The notes: generated by a model from the letters alone, not told the origin. A stretch of 64,000 bases of DNA from Candidatus Doudnabacteria bacterium (GCA_016199215.1 JACQHB010000009.1:4905-68904); one strand, 5' to 3'; positions 1 to 10,428 are shown, numbered from the stretch's first letter. Numbers and translations: made by a program.

Positions 1-2289
1 GCTATGTCCGAACTGGGCCTGCGGCCAAGCGTCAAATTCCGCAAATCCGCGGCTGTGGTCGGCGAAGTTTTGGCTAAATATCATCCTCATGGCGATATCG
101 CCGTTTATGATACCTTGGTCCGTATGGCACAGGATTTCGCCATGCGCTATCCCTTAGTTGATGGCCAGGGTAATTTCGGCTCAATGGATGGCGATGCTCC
201 AGCAGCCATGCGTTATACAGAAGCGCGTATGATGGCTTTGGCCGAGGAGATTTTAGCTGATTTGGACAAAGACACGGTGGACTGGATGGACAACTATGAC
301 GCCACCCGAAAAGAACCCAAGGTTTTGCCAGCCAAAGTCCCCCAGCTCCTGCTTAATGGAACCCTGGGGATTGCCGTGGGCATGGCCACTGACATCCCCC
401 CTCATAACCTCAACGAAGTCGCTGACGCCACAATCAAACTGATTGACGAACCCGCCGCGACCACGGAAGACCTGATGGAAATAATCAAAGGACCGGATTT
501 CCCAACTGGCGGGTTTATTTATGATTGGAACAGCATCAAACAAACTTATGCCACAGGCAAGGGGCCGATTGTTATGCGCGCCAAAACGGAAATTATTGAG
601 GAAGGCGGCCAGCATAAGATTATCATCAATGAAATTCCTTACCGAGTAAACAAGGCTTCGCTGCTTGAGCAATTCGCCAATCTGGTCCGGGACAAAAAAG
701 TGGAAGGAATTAGAGACTTGCGAGATGAGTCTGATAAGGACGGGGTTAGGATAGTTATTGAGCTTAAGAAAGAAGGGCTGCCGAACAAAATTCTCAACCA
801 ATTGTTCAAGTACTCAAGCCTCCAGGAGACCTTCCACGTAAACATGCTGGCTTTGGTTGATGGAATTGAACCGCAGGTCCTGAACCTAAAAAATATTCTG
901 GAATACTTTATCAAACACCGCCAGGAGGTAGTCGTCCGCCGCACTCAGTTTGATCTTCAAAAAGCCAAGGATCGGGCGCACATTTTGGAAGGGCTGAAAA
1001 AAGCGCTTGACCATATTGACGCTATAATTCAGACGATCAAAAAATCCGACACCACAGAAGAAGCTCACGCCCAATTAATGAGCAAGTTCAAGCTATCCGA
1101 CAAGCAGGCAGCGGCCATTCTCCAGATGCAGCTTAGAGCCTTGGCTGGACTTGAGAGGAAAAAAGTAGATGACGAACTTAAAGAAAAGCGGAAGCTGATC
1201 GAAGAATTGGAAGGGCTCTTAAAAAGCGCCAAAAAAATCAAGGAAGTGATTAAGAAAGAACTGACGGAACTTAAAGAGCAATTCGGAGACGAACGCAAAA
1301 CCACCTTGGTTAAAACACCGATTGGCGAATTTAAGGTGGAAGACCTGATTCCAGAAGAGCAGGCAATAGTTATCGTTACCAAATCCGGATATGTAAAACG
1401 GGTGCCCCCGCAGACTTACAAAACCCAAGGCCGCGGAGGGAAGGGGGTAATTGGCATGACCACAAAGGAAGAAGACGTGGTCGAATGGCTCAAGACTTCC
1501 AATACGCACGACGACATCTTGTTCTTCACCAACAAGGGCCGGGTGTTTGCCACTAAAGTTTATGAACTACCAGAAGCCTCAAGGGTTGCCCGGGGCCAAG
1601 CCTTGGTAAATTTCCTTGACCTGCCCAATGATGAAACGGTTAAAAGCATCCTGACAATCTCTAAAAAAACTCCAGGCAAATATTTGGTTTTGGCAACCAA
1701 AGCCGGGATAATTAAAAAAACCCCCATTGAGGAATTTGCCAAAGTACGAAAATCCGGTTTGATCACCATAAAACTCAAAGGCAACGACGAATTAAAATGG
1801 GTGAAGTACTCAACCGGAAATGATGATATCATCCTATCAACTTCCAATGGCCAAGCCATTCGATTTGATGAAAAAGATGTGCGCCCCATGGGACGAACCG
1901 CTTCGGGTGTACGGGGAATGCGCCTCAAAAAAAATGACAGCCTGATCAGCATGGACTTGGTCAACAAATCGGATAAAATTGATAATCTTCAGCTTTTGAT
2001 CGTTACGGAAAACGGCCTGGGCAAAAAAACTGATCTTAAATTCTACAAACGCCAGCATCGCGGGGGGTCGGGGATCAAGACTTTAAAAGTCAGCCAAAAA
2101 ACAGGAAAAATTATATCTTTGCACGTAATTGACAAGTCCGAAGAGCATGATTTGGTCGTGGTTTCACGCTTGGGTCAGACCTTGCGAACTCCAATAGGAA
2201 AAATTTCAACCTTGGGTCGAGCTACCCAAGGAGTGCGGATTATGACTTTGGATGACAAAGACCTGGTTGCTTCTACCACAATTCTATAA
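1..2289 (+). CDS. gyrA: DNA gyrase subunit A, 5'-truncated at the window edge
   Basis: Translation contains the GyrA active-site region ([16 protein letters not shown], then [11 protein letters not shown]) and the C-terminal beta-pinwheel repeats. The N-terminal ~40 aa of a normal GyrA are missing, so the gene starts upstream of the window. Confidence 0.9.
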   Translation, partial: AMSELGLRPSVKFRKSAAVVGEVLAKYHPHGDIAVYDTLVRMAQDFAMRYPLVDGQGNFGSMDGDAPAAMRYTEARMMALAEEILADLDKDTVDWMDNYDATRKEPKVLPAKVPQLLLNGTLGIAVGMATDIPPHNLNEVADATIKLIDEPAATTEDLMEIIKGPDFPTGGFIYDWNSIKQTYATGKGPIVMRAKTEIIEEGGQHKIIINEIPYRVNKASLLEQFANLVRDKKVEGIRDLRDESDKDGVRIVIELKKEGLPNKILNQLFKYSSLQETFHVNMLALVDGIEPQVLNLKNILEYFIKHRQEVVVRRTQFDLQKAKDRAHILEGLKKALDHIDAIIQTIKKSDTTEEAHAQLMSKFKLSDKQAAAILQMQLRALAGLERKKVDDELKEKRKLIEELEGLLKSAKKIKEVIKKELTELKEQFGDERKTTLVKTPIGEFKVEDLIPEEQAIVIVTKSGYVKRVPPQTYKTQGRGGKGVIGMTTKEEDVVEWLKTSNTHDDILFFTNKGRVFATKVYELPEASRVARGQALVNFLDLPNDETVKSILTISKKTPGKYLVLATKAGIIKKTPIEEFAKVRKSGLITIKLKGNDELKWVKYSTGNDDIILSTSNGQAIRFDEKDVRPMGRTASGVRGMRLKKNDSLISMDLVNKSDKIDNLQLLIVTENGLGKKTDLKFYKRQHRGGSGIKTLKVSQKTGKIISLHVIDKSEEHDLVVVSRLGQTLRTPIGKISTLGRATQGVRIMTLDDKDLVASTTIL

Positions 2290-2291
2290 TC

Positions 2292-2954
2292 ATGCTTTAC
2301 GTTGTCGCCACCCCAATCGGCAATCTTAAGGATATGACGCTGCGCGCGATCGAAACCCTTAAGCTTGCTGATTTTATTATTGCCGAGAACCCTGGTCATA
2401 GCGCGAAGCTTTTGCGTCATTACGAAATCGGAAATAAAAAAATATTTCAATTTGCCGAGCACAACGAACACAGGGCCCTGCCAACGCTAATCGCCAATCT
2501 CAAATCCCAAACCGGCGCTCTAATCACTGACGCCGGTACTCCCGGAATTTCAGATCCAGGCTTCCGCTTGGTCCGGGCTTGCGTGGAAAATGGCATTAAG
2601 ATTGCTCCAATTCCAGGCCCTTCCGCGGCGATCGCCGCGCTTTCCGCTTCCGGACTGGCCACGGACCGCTTTTTGTTCCTGGGCTTTGCTCCAAGGACCG
2701 AAATTAAATTAACCAGGATTATTTCATTGGGAAAAGCAGTCGAAAGCACCGTAATATTTTACGAATCACCATTTAGGATAATTAAAACATTGCAATTTAT
2801 TGCAAAACATTTCCCAGACTGCCATGCAGTAGTGGCCCGGGAACTAACCAAGGTCTACGAAGAATTTTTACGAGGAGCGCCCTCTGAGATTTTAGAACAG
2901 CTAACCAAGAACCGGGCCAAAGGGGAATTTGCTGTTCTAATTTCATTTAAATAG
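2292..2954 (+). CDS. rsmI: 16S rRNA (cytidine1402-2'-O)-methyltransferase RsmI (tetrapyrrole-methylase fold)
   Basis: N-terminus MLYVVATPIGNLKDMTLRAIETL plus an internal GxSAA motif typical of the RsmI/YraL family. Confidence 0.75.
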   Translation: MLYVVATPIGNLKDMTLRAIETLKLADFIIAENPGHSAKLLRHYEIGNKKIFQFAEHNEHRALPTLIANLKSQTGALITDAGTPGISDPGFRLVRACVENGIKIAPIPGPSAAIAALSASGLATDRFLFLGFAPRTEIKLTRIISLGKAVESTVIFYESPFRIIKTLQFIAKHFPDCHAVVARELTKVYEEFLRGAPSEILEQLTKNRAKGEFAVLISFK

Positions 2955-2964
2955 ATTCCGGCTT

Positions 2965-3528
2965 ATGATCCAATTCTTAAGAGACAGGGAACTGACCAAA
3001 AGAATCTCACCCTTTTTGCAAAAAGGGTGGTCGCTGCTTGATATAGGAACCGGTAGAGGAACAATGGCACTACTTCTTAGACAACAAGTGGGAGTTGAGC
3101 CAACACTGACGGACGTTGTCAACCAAAACCAAACGGATCTTCCATGGGTAAATATGATCTCAAATGCTAGAGTTGATGTCGCGGATAAATCTTTTGACGC
3201 GGTTAGCCTAATCTTTGTGCTTCACCATGTCCAAACAAAACAGGAGCAGGAAAAATTAATTCAAGAGGCCGCAAGAATCGCCCGAAAAAGAATTGTTATT
3301 CTTGAAGACACCCCGAATTCAAAAATTAGTTGGCTAATGAATGCTGCCTGGGATTGGATTATGAACGCGCCCAAGGGGATACCCGTGCCATTTAATTTTC
3401 GGTCAAAAAAAGAATGGCAAGAGCTGTTTGATAAAACAGGGCTTAATGCCAAGGCCTATTCTTTTCGCCCTTTTTGGCCGGTTATGTTAACTTACCAACA
3501 GACCCTTTTTGTAATTGATTTAATATAA
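2965..3528 (+). CDS. class I SAM-dependent methyltransferase
   Basis: Glycine-rich motif I (LLDIGTGRGTMA) in a small Rossmann-fold-sized protein. Confidence 0.5.
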   Translation: MIQFLRDRELTKRISPFLQKGWSLLDIGTGRGTMALLLRQQVGVEPTLTDVVNQNQTDLPWVNMISNARVDVADKSFDAVSLIFVLHHVQTKQEQEKLIQEAARIARKRIVILEDTPNSKISWLMNAAWDWIMNAPKGIPVPFNFRSKKEWQELFDKTGLNAKAYSFRPFWPVMLTYQQTLFVIDLI

Positions 3529-3531
3529 GAT

Positions 3532-4251
3532 ATGTCCGGACACTCCAAGTGGGCGACAATCAAAAGGCAGAAAGCGGTGACTGACGCCAAGCGCGGACAA
3601 GCCTTTACTAAACTTGGCCGCAACATAACAATCGCAGTAAAGGAAGGCGGCGGACCGGACCCTTCCTTCAATTTCAAATTAAGAATGGCTGTTGACCGGG
3701 CCAAAGACGCGGGCATGCCTGCTGACAACATTGACCGGGCAATCAAGCGGGGATCGGGCGAGGGCAAGGAAGCGTTGGAAACAGTTGTTTACGAAGGCTA
3801 CGGCCCTTTTGGAACCGCATTCCTAATTGAAGCGGTTACTGATAATCCCAACCGAACAACCAGCAACATTAAGCATATTTTTGGCAGTTATGATGGAAAT
3901 TTGGGAACAAAAGGATCAGTTGCTTGGCAATTCAACACCAAGGGGCAAATCCTCATAGAGCGAGACAGGGAGGATTTGGCCGACTTAGAGCTTAAGGCAA
4001 TCGATGCCGGAGCCGAAGACGTTAGAGAATCCGAGGAAGGGTTGGAGGTGTATACCTTACCAATGGATTTGCAAAAAATAAAAGACTCCATGCTTAAGGC
4101 CGGAGCAAAAATTGCTAAAGCTGACGTGATCCAGGAGTCAAGTCAAGGAGTTAATTTAACCGAAGATCAAAAGGTGAAAGTGAACAGACTGTTTGAAGAA
4201 TTAGAAAATGACGATGATGTAATCGCGGTGCACACGAGCGCAAATTTATAA
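3532..4251 (+). CDS. yebC: YebC/PmpR family DNA-binding regulatory protein
   Basis: MSGHSKWATIKRQKAVTDAKRG... is the hallmark N-terminus of the YebC family. Classic synteny, immediately upstream of ruvC. Confidence 0.9.
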   Translation: MSGHSKWATIKRQKAVTDAKRGQAFTKLGRNITIAVKEGGGPDPSFNFKLRMAVDRAKDAGMPADNIDRAIKRGSGEGKEALETVVYEGYGPFGTAFLIEAVTDNPNRTTSNIKHIFGSYDGNLGTKGSVAWQFNTKGQILIERDREDLADLELKAIDAGAEDVRESEEGLEVYTLPMDLQKIKDSMLKAGAKIAKADVIQESSQGVNLTEDQKVKVNRLFEELENDDDVIAVHTSANL

Positions 4252-4261
4252 AGATATTGGG

Positions 4262-4315
4262 TACTGGATATTAGATACTAAATTATCACCAATATCTAAT
4301 ATCTAATATCTAATA
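4262..4315. repeat. iteron-like repeat: ATATCTAAT x ~3.5 in tandem, preceded by one inverted copy (GATATTAGATA)
   Basis: Seen directly in the yebC-ruvC intergenic spacer: ggatattagatac...atatctaatatctaatatctaatatctat. Confidence 0.6.
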
Positions 4316-4323
4316 TCTATTTT

Positions 4324-4800
4324 ATGAGAATCTTGGGAATTGACCCTGGCATTGGCCGGACCGGGTATGCTATTTTGGAACAAAACGATAAAGATATCGT
4401 TCTTAGATCTTGCGGCTGTATCGAGACAAAACCAGGAAAGCCGGAAGCTGACCGGCTTTTGGAAATAAAAAAGGACTTGGTTAATTTGATTAAAAAATGG
4501 AAGCCGGAAACAGTCTGCGTGGAATCTTTGTTTTTTGCCCAAAATGTAAAAACCGCCATGGCTGTTGGCCAGGCTAGGGGAGTGGTGATTGTAACTGCGG
4601 CCGAATATAGTCTAAAGCTGGTTGAAGTCACACCTCTACAGGTAAAAATAGCAGCCACCGGTTATGGCAAGGCGGACAAAGCCCAGGTCCAGCGCATGAT
4701 CGTAACTTTGTTGAAACTAAAAAAAATCCCTCGCCCTGATGACGCGGCTGACGCCTGCGCCATTGCTTGGGCCGCAATCGGGAGAGCTAGATATCTATAA
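4324..4800 (+). CDS. ruvC: crossover junction endodeoxyribonuclease RuvC
   Basis: MRILGIDPGIGRTGYAIL... with the RuvC catalytic core, 158 aa, downstream of yebC. Confidence 0.9.
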   Translation: MRILGIDPGIGRTGYAILEQNDKDIVLRSCGCIETKPGKPEADRLLEIKKDLVNLIKKWKPETVCVESLFFAQNVKTAMAVGQARGVVIVTAAEYSLKLVEVTPLQVKIAATGYGKADKAQVQRMIVTLLKLKKIPRPDDAADACAIAWAAIGRARYL

Positions 4801-4852
4801 TTATTTCCATGAGCTCACAAATGTGAGCATTTGGAAATAATATTAACCAAAG

Positions 4853-4886
4853 AAAAACTGCTCCTGACTAGGAGCAGTTTTTCTTT
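4853..4886. terminator. bidirectional intrinsic terminator between ruvC (+) and tyrS (-)
   Basis: Perfect hairpin aaaaactgctcct-gact-aggagcagttttt with T/A runs on both sides. It is preceded by a second palindrome at 4801-4840 (ttatttcca...tggaaataa). Confidence 0.7.
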
Positions 4887-6060
4887 AAACTTTCAGCTTT
4901 ATAAACTTTCTCTTGCCGACCTGTAGAACCACGCCGTTGCGCAGGTCCACCATCGTGTCCCATTCGTCAATCACCTCGTCATTGAACTTGACGGCTTTCT
5001 GCTGGACCAGCCTTCGCGCTTCACTTTTGCTTGGGGCCAATTTTGTCTCCACCAACAAATCAATGATGTTCTGGGATTTAACTTTCATTTCCGTCATTTG
5101 AGTCGGTTTTTCTTTACGGGAAAAAACTTTTTCAAATTCTTTGGCCGCAGCATCCGCGGCTTTTTTCCCGTGATATAGTGTAACCAATTCATGGGCCAAT
5201 CGTTTTTTTATTAGGCTGGGATTAGTCCCGGCCTTTAATTCTTTCTCATAGCCTTTTACGTCATCAAGAGGAACTCTTGTCGTGAATTGGAAATATTTTA
5301 TGATCAGATCATCTTTGATCGACATGGTCTTGCCAAACATTTGATTAGGGTCATCCGTAAGGTTGATTACATTCCCCCAAGACGAGCTCATTTTCCTGCC
5401 ATCTGTTCCTTCGAGCAATTCTGTCATGACAATATCTTGCGGCGCTTGAGCGTAAAGAGGCTGAATGGTCCTACCCGCTAGCAAGTTGAATCTTTGATCT
5501 GTGCCGCCCAACTCCACGTCAGCCTTCACCGCCACTGAATCATACCCCTGCATTAACGGATACATCATCTCATGGAAAGACACTCTTTTGCCAGCTTTCA
5601 ATCGCTTGGCAATAATCTCCCGCGATTCAAATTCATGCAAACCGAAAAGCTGGGCCATCTTGGCAATCTCGATAAATCCTAGCTTGGAAAGCCACTCCGA
5701 ATTATAATGGGCCTCGGTTTTTTTTGGATCCAGAATCTTAAAAGCTTGGTCCAGATAAGTTTTCATGTTAGCTTTTATCTGCTGCCCTGAAAGCATCGGC
5801 CGTTCCGCTTCCTTATCTGAAGTGTCGCCGACCATCCCGGTAAAATCACCGACGATAAAAACGACCTGGTGCCCCAATTCCTGAAACTCCCGGAGTTTCC
5901 AAAGCTGGACAGCGCGACCAATGTGAAGATTGGGGCTGGTCGGATCTATCCCCAACTTAACCCTAAGTCTTTTACCACCGTCCAATTGTTTCTTAAGATG
6001 ATTCAAGTCTATGATTTCGGCAACTGTGCGGGTCAAGATTTCATTGGTTTTTTGATTCAT
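4885..6060 (-). CDS. tyrS: tyrosine--tRNA ligase
   Basis: HIGH-type motif (PNLHIGRAV), KMSKS-type motif (KMSSS) and a C-terminal S4-like domain; 391 aa. Confidence 0.85.
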   Translation of the reverse strand: MNQKTNEILTRTVAEIIDLNHLKKQLDGGKRLRVKLGIDPTSPNLHIGRAVQLWKLREFQELGHQVVFIVGDFTGMVGDTSDKEAERPMLSGQQIKANMKTYLDQAFKILDPKKTEAHYNSEWLSKLGFIEIAKMAQLFGLHEFESREIIAKRLKAGKRVSFHEMMYPLMQGYDSVAVKADVELGGTDQRFNLLAGRTIQPLYAQAPQDIVMTELLEGTDGRKMSSSWGNVINLTDDPNQMFGKTMSIKDDLIIKYFQFTTRVPLDDVKGYEKELKAGTNPSLIKKRLAHELVTLYHGKKAADAAAKEFEKVFSRKEKPTQMTEMKVKSQNIIDLLVETKLAPSKSEARRLVQQKAVKFNDEVIDEWDTMVDLRNGVVLQVGKRKFIKLKV

Positions 6061-6117
6061 ATGTTAATTATACCAGTTTTTTGATACAATTTAAAAGGCT
6101 TTGATAAATCTTTATGA

Positions 6118-6215
6118 ATCCCGTTAGAAATTGCGTATCATATACGTTAATAATGATATTGCAATCAACCGGGATAAAATTACAATTAACTTCTAATCAT
6201 TATTTCTAACGGGAT
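6118..6215. promoter_or_regulatory. pair of 14-bp inverted repeats ATCCCGTTAGAAAT / ATTTCTAACGGGAT in the tyrS<->PBP1A divergent region; the right arm overlaps the PBP1A start codon
   Basis: Exact reverse-complement arms seen at 6118-6131 and 6202-6215. The same motif recurs at 20605-20704. Confidence 0.55.
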
Positions 6216-8790
6216 GAACTTCTACCGCTCAAACTGGAACCGGAACCATCGAATGAGTCTTAGGAAAATTTTATGGGGAATTTTGAAAGTTCCTCCAGCG
6301 GTTTTCCGAAAAATTCGTTCGGAAAAAAAGCTTGCAAAAAAATTAATCAAATACGGGTTATTCGCCATAGCCGGTTTGATCATTGCCGGAAGTCTGGCTT
6401 TCGCCGCCATTGCTTTAAGTCTGCCTGACCCGACCAAGCTTAATGCTCGGGTCGTCCCTGAATCAACCAAAATCTACGCCAGAGACGGAACGACACTTCT
6501 TTACGAAATCCATGGCGAGGCCAAACGGACCGTGATTGATTTTAATGAAATTCCGGATAGGGTTAAAAAATCAACTATCGCCGTGGAGGACAAAAATTTT
6601 TACCGCAATACAGGAGTTGACTGGAAAGGAATTATTCGGGCCGCTTTGCGCAACGTAAGCTCTGGAAACATAAAAGGACAGGGTGGTTCCACAATTACTC
6701 AGCAGTTTGTGAAAAACGCGATTTTAACCCGAGAAAAAACTTTTTCAAGAAAAATAAAAGAAATCGTGCTTGCGATTCAATTGGAACAAAAATTTAGTAA
6801 GAATGAAATTCTCAACTTCTACCTAAACGAGATCCCGTATGGCCAAAACGCCTATGGGATTGAGGCGGCTTCTCAAACCTATTTTGGAAAACAGGCAAAA
6901 AATCTAAGCCTCGCCGAATCAGCGTACTTGGCTGCCCTTCCGCAGGCTCCGACTTTTTATTCCCCTAACGGCCCCAACAGGGATAAGCTGGATGCGAGAA
7001 AAAATTTCGTGCTGGATGAAATGCGATCCGAAGGATACATCACGGATAAGGAACGCGATGACGCGAAAAACGAAAAAGTCACTTTTAATAAAATCCGGGA
7101 TTCGATATTAGCCCCTCACTTTGTCCTTTATGTTCAAGGACAGCTTGCGGAAAAATACGGCGAGAAAACTCTGGAAGAAGGGGGGCTTAAGGTTATAACT
7201 TCGCTTGACTGGAATTTCCAACAAATCGCTGAAAAAGCGGTGAGCGAGGGTGTGGCAAGGAATGAAAAAAGAAACAAAGCGAGCAATGCCGCGCTGGTCG
7301 CCATTGATCCCAAAACCGGACAAATTCTGTCTATGGTCGGCTCTCGAGAATATCTCAAGCCAGATTGCGATTATTGCCAAGTCAATGTTGCCTTGCGTGA
7401 GCTCCAACCGGGATCCTCTATTAAACCTTATGTCTACGCAACCGCATTTAAAGAAGGCATGAATCCGGCAACCATGCTGGTTGATGTTAAAACGAGTTTT
7501 GGCACTTACGGCGGCAAAGACTACAGCCCCTCAAATTATGACGGCAGATCCCATGGACTGCTTTCAATGAGAAAAGCCTTAGCCGGATCCTTAAACGTAC
7601 CAGCAGTCAAAACCTTGGCCTTAGTCGGGGTGCAAGACGCGATTGATACCATAAAAGACATGGGGATTACTGCTGATCTTAACACGGACCGCTGCGGCCT
7701 TTCATTGGTTTTGGGAGGATGCGAAATCAGCCTGCTTGATCACACTTCAGCAATGGGAGTATTTGCTGGTGGCGGAGTCCGTTACGAACCAACCCCGATT
7801 CTTAAGATTACCGACAGGAAGGGAAAAGTATTGGAAGAATACAAAGACAAAGGCGGACAAGAAGTCATTGATCCGCAGGTGGCCTACCAGGTGGTCAGTA
7901 TTATGACTGACAATGATTCCAGGTCGTTTATCTTTGGCGCCAAATCCCCGCTGATCCTTTCGGATCGGGTGGTTGCAGCCAAAACCGGAACTACCCAGGG
8001 GTGGAGGGATGGCTGGACCATGGGCTTCACGCCTTCATTGGTCGCAGGAGTTTGGGTGGGTAACAACGACGGAAGTCTAATGAGAGAAGGTGCAGACGGA
8101 GTGGTGGTGGCCGCTCCTATTTGGAACCAATTCATGCGAGAGGCTTTAAAAAATACCCAACCCGAACAATTTTTAGAGCCAGCCGGGATCCAACACATTC
8201 TGGTCGATTCGGTTTCAGGCAAACTTCCAACGCAATATACGCCTTCGACAAAAACCGATGTTTTTGCAAGCTTTGCCTTACCCAGGGATTTTGATGATGT
8301 GCATGTCCCTGTTCAAATTAATAAGCTTAACGGAAAACTCGCCAATAACCTTACCCCTCCCGAACTTGTGGAGACTAAAATTTATACAATTATCCATTCC
8401 GAAGTGCCGGATAACCCCAATTGGGAAATTCCCGTGCAATCTTGGGCCAAGTCAGCTGGATACAGCTACCCCCAAACCGAGGAAGATGATGGTTCGATTA
8501 ACTCCGAGTATTTAAAGCAACAAGTGGGGTTTATCACTCCTTCCAACAATCAAGAAATTCCAACCTTGCCCATTACGGTTCAGGTTGAGACAGGCACGTT
8601 GGACGTTTCCGATGTCGAACTAATGCTGGAAGGGGAATTTCTTGGGAACGATACTTCCGCTCCCTATAGCTTTTTTGTGGACTCTGCCAAGAGCGGGTGG
8701 CAAACCATGACCGCGATAGTCAAGCTAAAAAACGGCGATTCAATCCAAAACAGCATTCGCATAAATGTCACGGCCAATGCCAATCAATAA
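6214..8790 (+). CDS. class A penicillin-binding protein (PBP1A family transglycosylase/transpeptidase) with a long C-terminal extension
   Basis: N-terminal TM segment, glycosyltransferase family 51 motifs (EDKNFYRNTGVD, ...NEIPYGQNAYGIEAASQTYFGK), transpeptidase SxxK (SSIKP) and KTG motifs. About 250 aa of unassigned C-terminal sequence follows. Confidence 0.9.
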   Translation: MNFYRSNWNRNHRMSLRKILWGILKVPPAVFRKIRSEKKLAKKLIKYGLFAIAGLIIAGSLAFAAIALSLPDPTKLNARVVPESTKIYARDGTTLLYEIHGEAKRTVIDFNEIPDRVKKSTIAVEDKNFYRNTGVDWKGIIRAALRNVSSGNIKGQGGSTITQQFVKNAILTREKTFSRKIKEIVLAIQLEQKFSKNEILNFYLNEIPYGQNAYGIEAASQTYFGKQAKNLSLAESAYLAALPQAPTFYSPNGPNRDKLDARKNFVLDEMRSEGYITDKERDDAKNEKVTFNKIRDSILAPHFVLYVQGQLAEKYGEKTLEEGGLKVITSLDWNFQQIAEKAVSEGVARNEKRNKASNAALVAIDPKTGQILSMVGSREYLKPDCDYCQVNVALRELQPGSSIKPYVYATAFKEGMNPATMLVDVKTSFGTYGGKDYSPSNYDGRSHGLLSMRKALAGSLNVPAVKTLALVGVQDAIDTIKDMGITADLNTDRCGLSLVLGGCEISLLDHTSAMGVFAGGGVRYEPTPILKITDRKGKVLEEYKDKGGQEVIDPQVAYQVVSIMTDNDSRSFIFGAKSPLILSDRVVAAKTGTTQGWRDGWTMGFTPSLVAGVWVGNNDGSLMREGADGVVVAAPIWNQFMREALKNTQPEQFLEPAGIQHILVDSVSGKLPTQYTPSTKTDVFASFALPRDFDDVHVPVQINKLNGKLANNLTPPELVETKIYTIIHSEVPDNPNWEIPVQSWAKSAGYSYPQTEEDDGSINSEYLKQQVGFITPSNNQEIPTLPITVQVETGTLDVSDVELMLEGEFLGNDTSAPYSFFVDSAKSGWQTMTAIVKLKNGDSIQNSIRINVTANANQ

Positions 8791-9919
8791 ATGGCTACTG
8801 GGATTGGGCTTGATCCTAGCCCTGCTCCCGACTTATTTAGTCAGATTTACAATCTTTGGTCTGCCGACCACGTTTCTGGAAGTTATTCTGGTAATCTTTT
8901 TGTTATCTGTCTTAGTCAGCCAATACAAACAAATCAGTTCTTTAAAAAAACTGGGGGCCTTAAACTCAGTCGTGCTGCTATTTGTGCTGTCGGGAATAAT
9001 TTCCACGCTTATTTCACCAGAACCGATCAAAGCCTTAGGTCAACTCAAGGCCCTTATCATTGAGCCTGTGCTGTTTTTTTATGCCTGCGCTCTGATCATC
9101 AAAAAAGAAAGCGACCTTAAAATCCCTTTGACGATGTTATTGTCATCGTCATTAATTATCAGTCTGTTCGGGCTTATCCAGCACCAAACACTTTTAGGCT
9201 TACCCTTAAGGTTCTGGGGGTTTGGGGAAGGCGTCAAAAGAATTGTCAGTGTGTTTGAATATCCCAACGCCTTAGCTTTATATCTTGGGCCTCTGCTTGC
9301 CTTTTTTCTTGCATTAATCTATTCCAAAAGCACATTAATCAACCGCAAGCTATTATTTTGGACAACGGGGATGGGATTGATCGCTCTGGTTCTTACCTTC
9401 TCCCGCGGCGCTTGGCTTGCGGTTTTGGCTGTTCTTGCGGTGCTTATTGGAAAAAAGTTTTCCTGGAAAATTGCGGGTGCGGTTTTGATAATCATTATTA
9501 TCGCCATTGTTTTTCTGCAGTCAGGCCAGCGTTTCTCCCTGTCTGACACTTCTTCACAGACCCGTATCCAACTATACCAGTATGCGTTAACCGCGGTTTT
9601 GGCAAATCCATTGTTGGGAAACGGGTTGCACGGATTTGAGGCCTTTGGCGTTTTGTATCCGCATAATATTTTCCTTAATTTCTGGCTGGAGTTGGGACTT
9701 TTGGGGATGCTTGCTTTCTTCGGGATTATAACTTTGAGTCTCAAACAATATAAAATTGCCCCGACTTCTATAAAGCTTGCGGCGGCGATGTTTTTACTGG
9801 CTGTGGTGGTGCACGGCCTGGTCGATGTCCCTTACTTCAAAAACGATTTGTCAATTTTGTTTTGGTTTATGATTTCAATTTTTTATCTTAGCAAAAACCC
9901 GGCCAGTGACCGGGTTTAA
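8765..9919 (+). CDS. O-antigen ligase (Wzy_C) family polytopic membrane protein
   Basis: Many TM helices and the conserved TFSRGAW motif of the O-antigen ligase / WaaL-like family. The start probably lies at a downstream Met (overlaps the PBP stop). Confidence 0.6.
   Translation: MSRPMPINKWLLGLGLILALLPTYLVRFTIFGLPTTFLEVILVIFLLSVLVSQYKQISSLKKLGALNSVVLLFVLSGIISTLISPEPIKALGQLKALIIEPVLFFYACALIIKKESDLKIPLTMLLSSSLIISLFGLIQHQTLLGLPLRFWGFGEGVKRIVSVFEYPNALALYLGPLLAFFLALIYSKSTLINRKLLFWTTGMGLIALVLTFSRGAWLAVLAVLAVLIGKKFSWKIAGAVLIIIIIAIVFLQSGQRFSLSDTSSQTRIQLYQYALTAVLANPLLGNGLHGFEAFGVLYPHNIFLNFWLELGLLGMLAFFGIITLSLKQYKIAPTSIKLAAAMFLLAVVVHGLVDVPYFKNDLSILFWFMISIFYLSKNPASDRV
9893..9917. terminator. hairpin (aacccggcc-agtga-ccgggtt) at the convergent ends of the O-antigen-ligase gene and jag
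   Basis: Inverted repeat seen in the sequence at the 3' ends of both genes. Confidence 0.4.
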
Positions 9920-10428
9920 GAATTTTCTATAAATTGGAAAGGCTCTTCGGATTTGGAGAGCCCTTTATATTTGATCACAATTCGTCGGTTAGGCTCACTG
10001 CCCATGCTTTCTGATTCGACGTCTGAAAAAAGCGAAAGGTAATCATGCACGATTTTCCGCTCAAACGACGGCATAATCGGCAAGCCCACGCTTCTTTTTG
10101 TTTGCCTGACTTGATGCGCCGCTTTCCTGGCCAACTCCTTCAAATAAATCATCCGTTTTTCCTTGTAGTCATCAATGTCGATGGCAAAAATAAAGTCAGA
10201 GTCCAAATCTTTTTTGACCGCTAGTCTCAAAAGGTGCTGGAGAGCTTCAAGGTTTGCCCCTTGTTTGCCTATCAAAAGCTGGGCATCGTGCGTTTTGATG
10301 TTAAATACGGTCCGGCCTTCTTCCATCCGTTCAAAAATCTGGCAATCGAACCCCATGCTGTTGAGAAGTCCTGTGATCTTGTTTTTGATAATTTCAGTAT
10401 TCTTATCGTCCATATTATTTAGACTCAA
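9916..10428 (-). CDS. jag: Jag/KhpB family RNA-binding protein (KH + R3H domains)
   Basis: Internal GKQGANLEALQHLLRL (KH-like) and C-terminal R3H-like sequence. Conserved position directly downstream of yidC. Confidence 0.8.
   Translation of the reverse strand: MSLNNMDDKNTEIIKNKITGLLNSMGFDCQIFERMEEGRTVFNIKTHDAQLLIGKQGANLEALQHLLRLAVKKDLDSDFIFAIDIDDYKEKRMIYLKELARKAAHQVRQTKRSVGLPIMPSFERKIVHDYLSLFSDVESESMGSEPNRRIVIKYKGLSKSEEPFQFIENS

Noticed and set aside
253-2058. Series of minus-strand ORFs (60-180 aa) inside gyrA, and similar antisense ORFs inside rpoB, rpoC, valS, polA and the DGR-adjacent surface protein
   Set aside because: They are antisense shadows of long, confidently identified genes, with low-complexity translations and no independent signals.
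4801-4840. 40-bp imperfect palindrome (ttatttcca...tggaaataa) after ruvC as a possible transposon end or att site
   Set aside because: No partner repeat or transposase is nearby. It directly precedes the perfect terminator hairpin and most likely is part of a compound bidirectional terminator.
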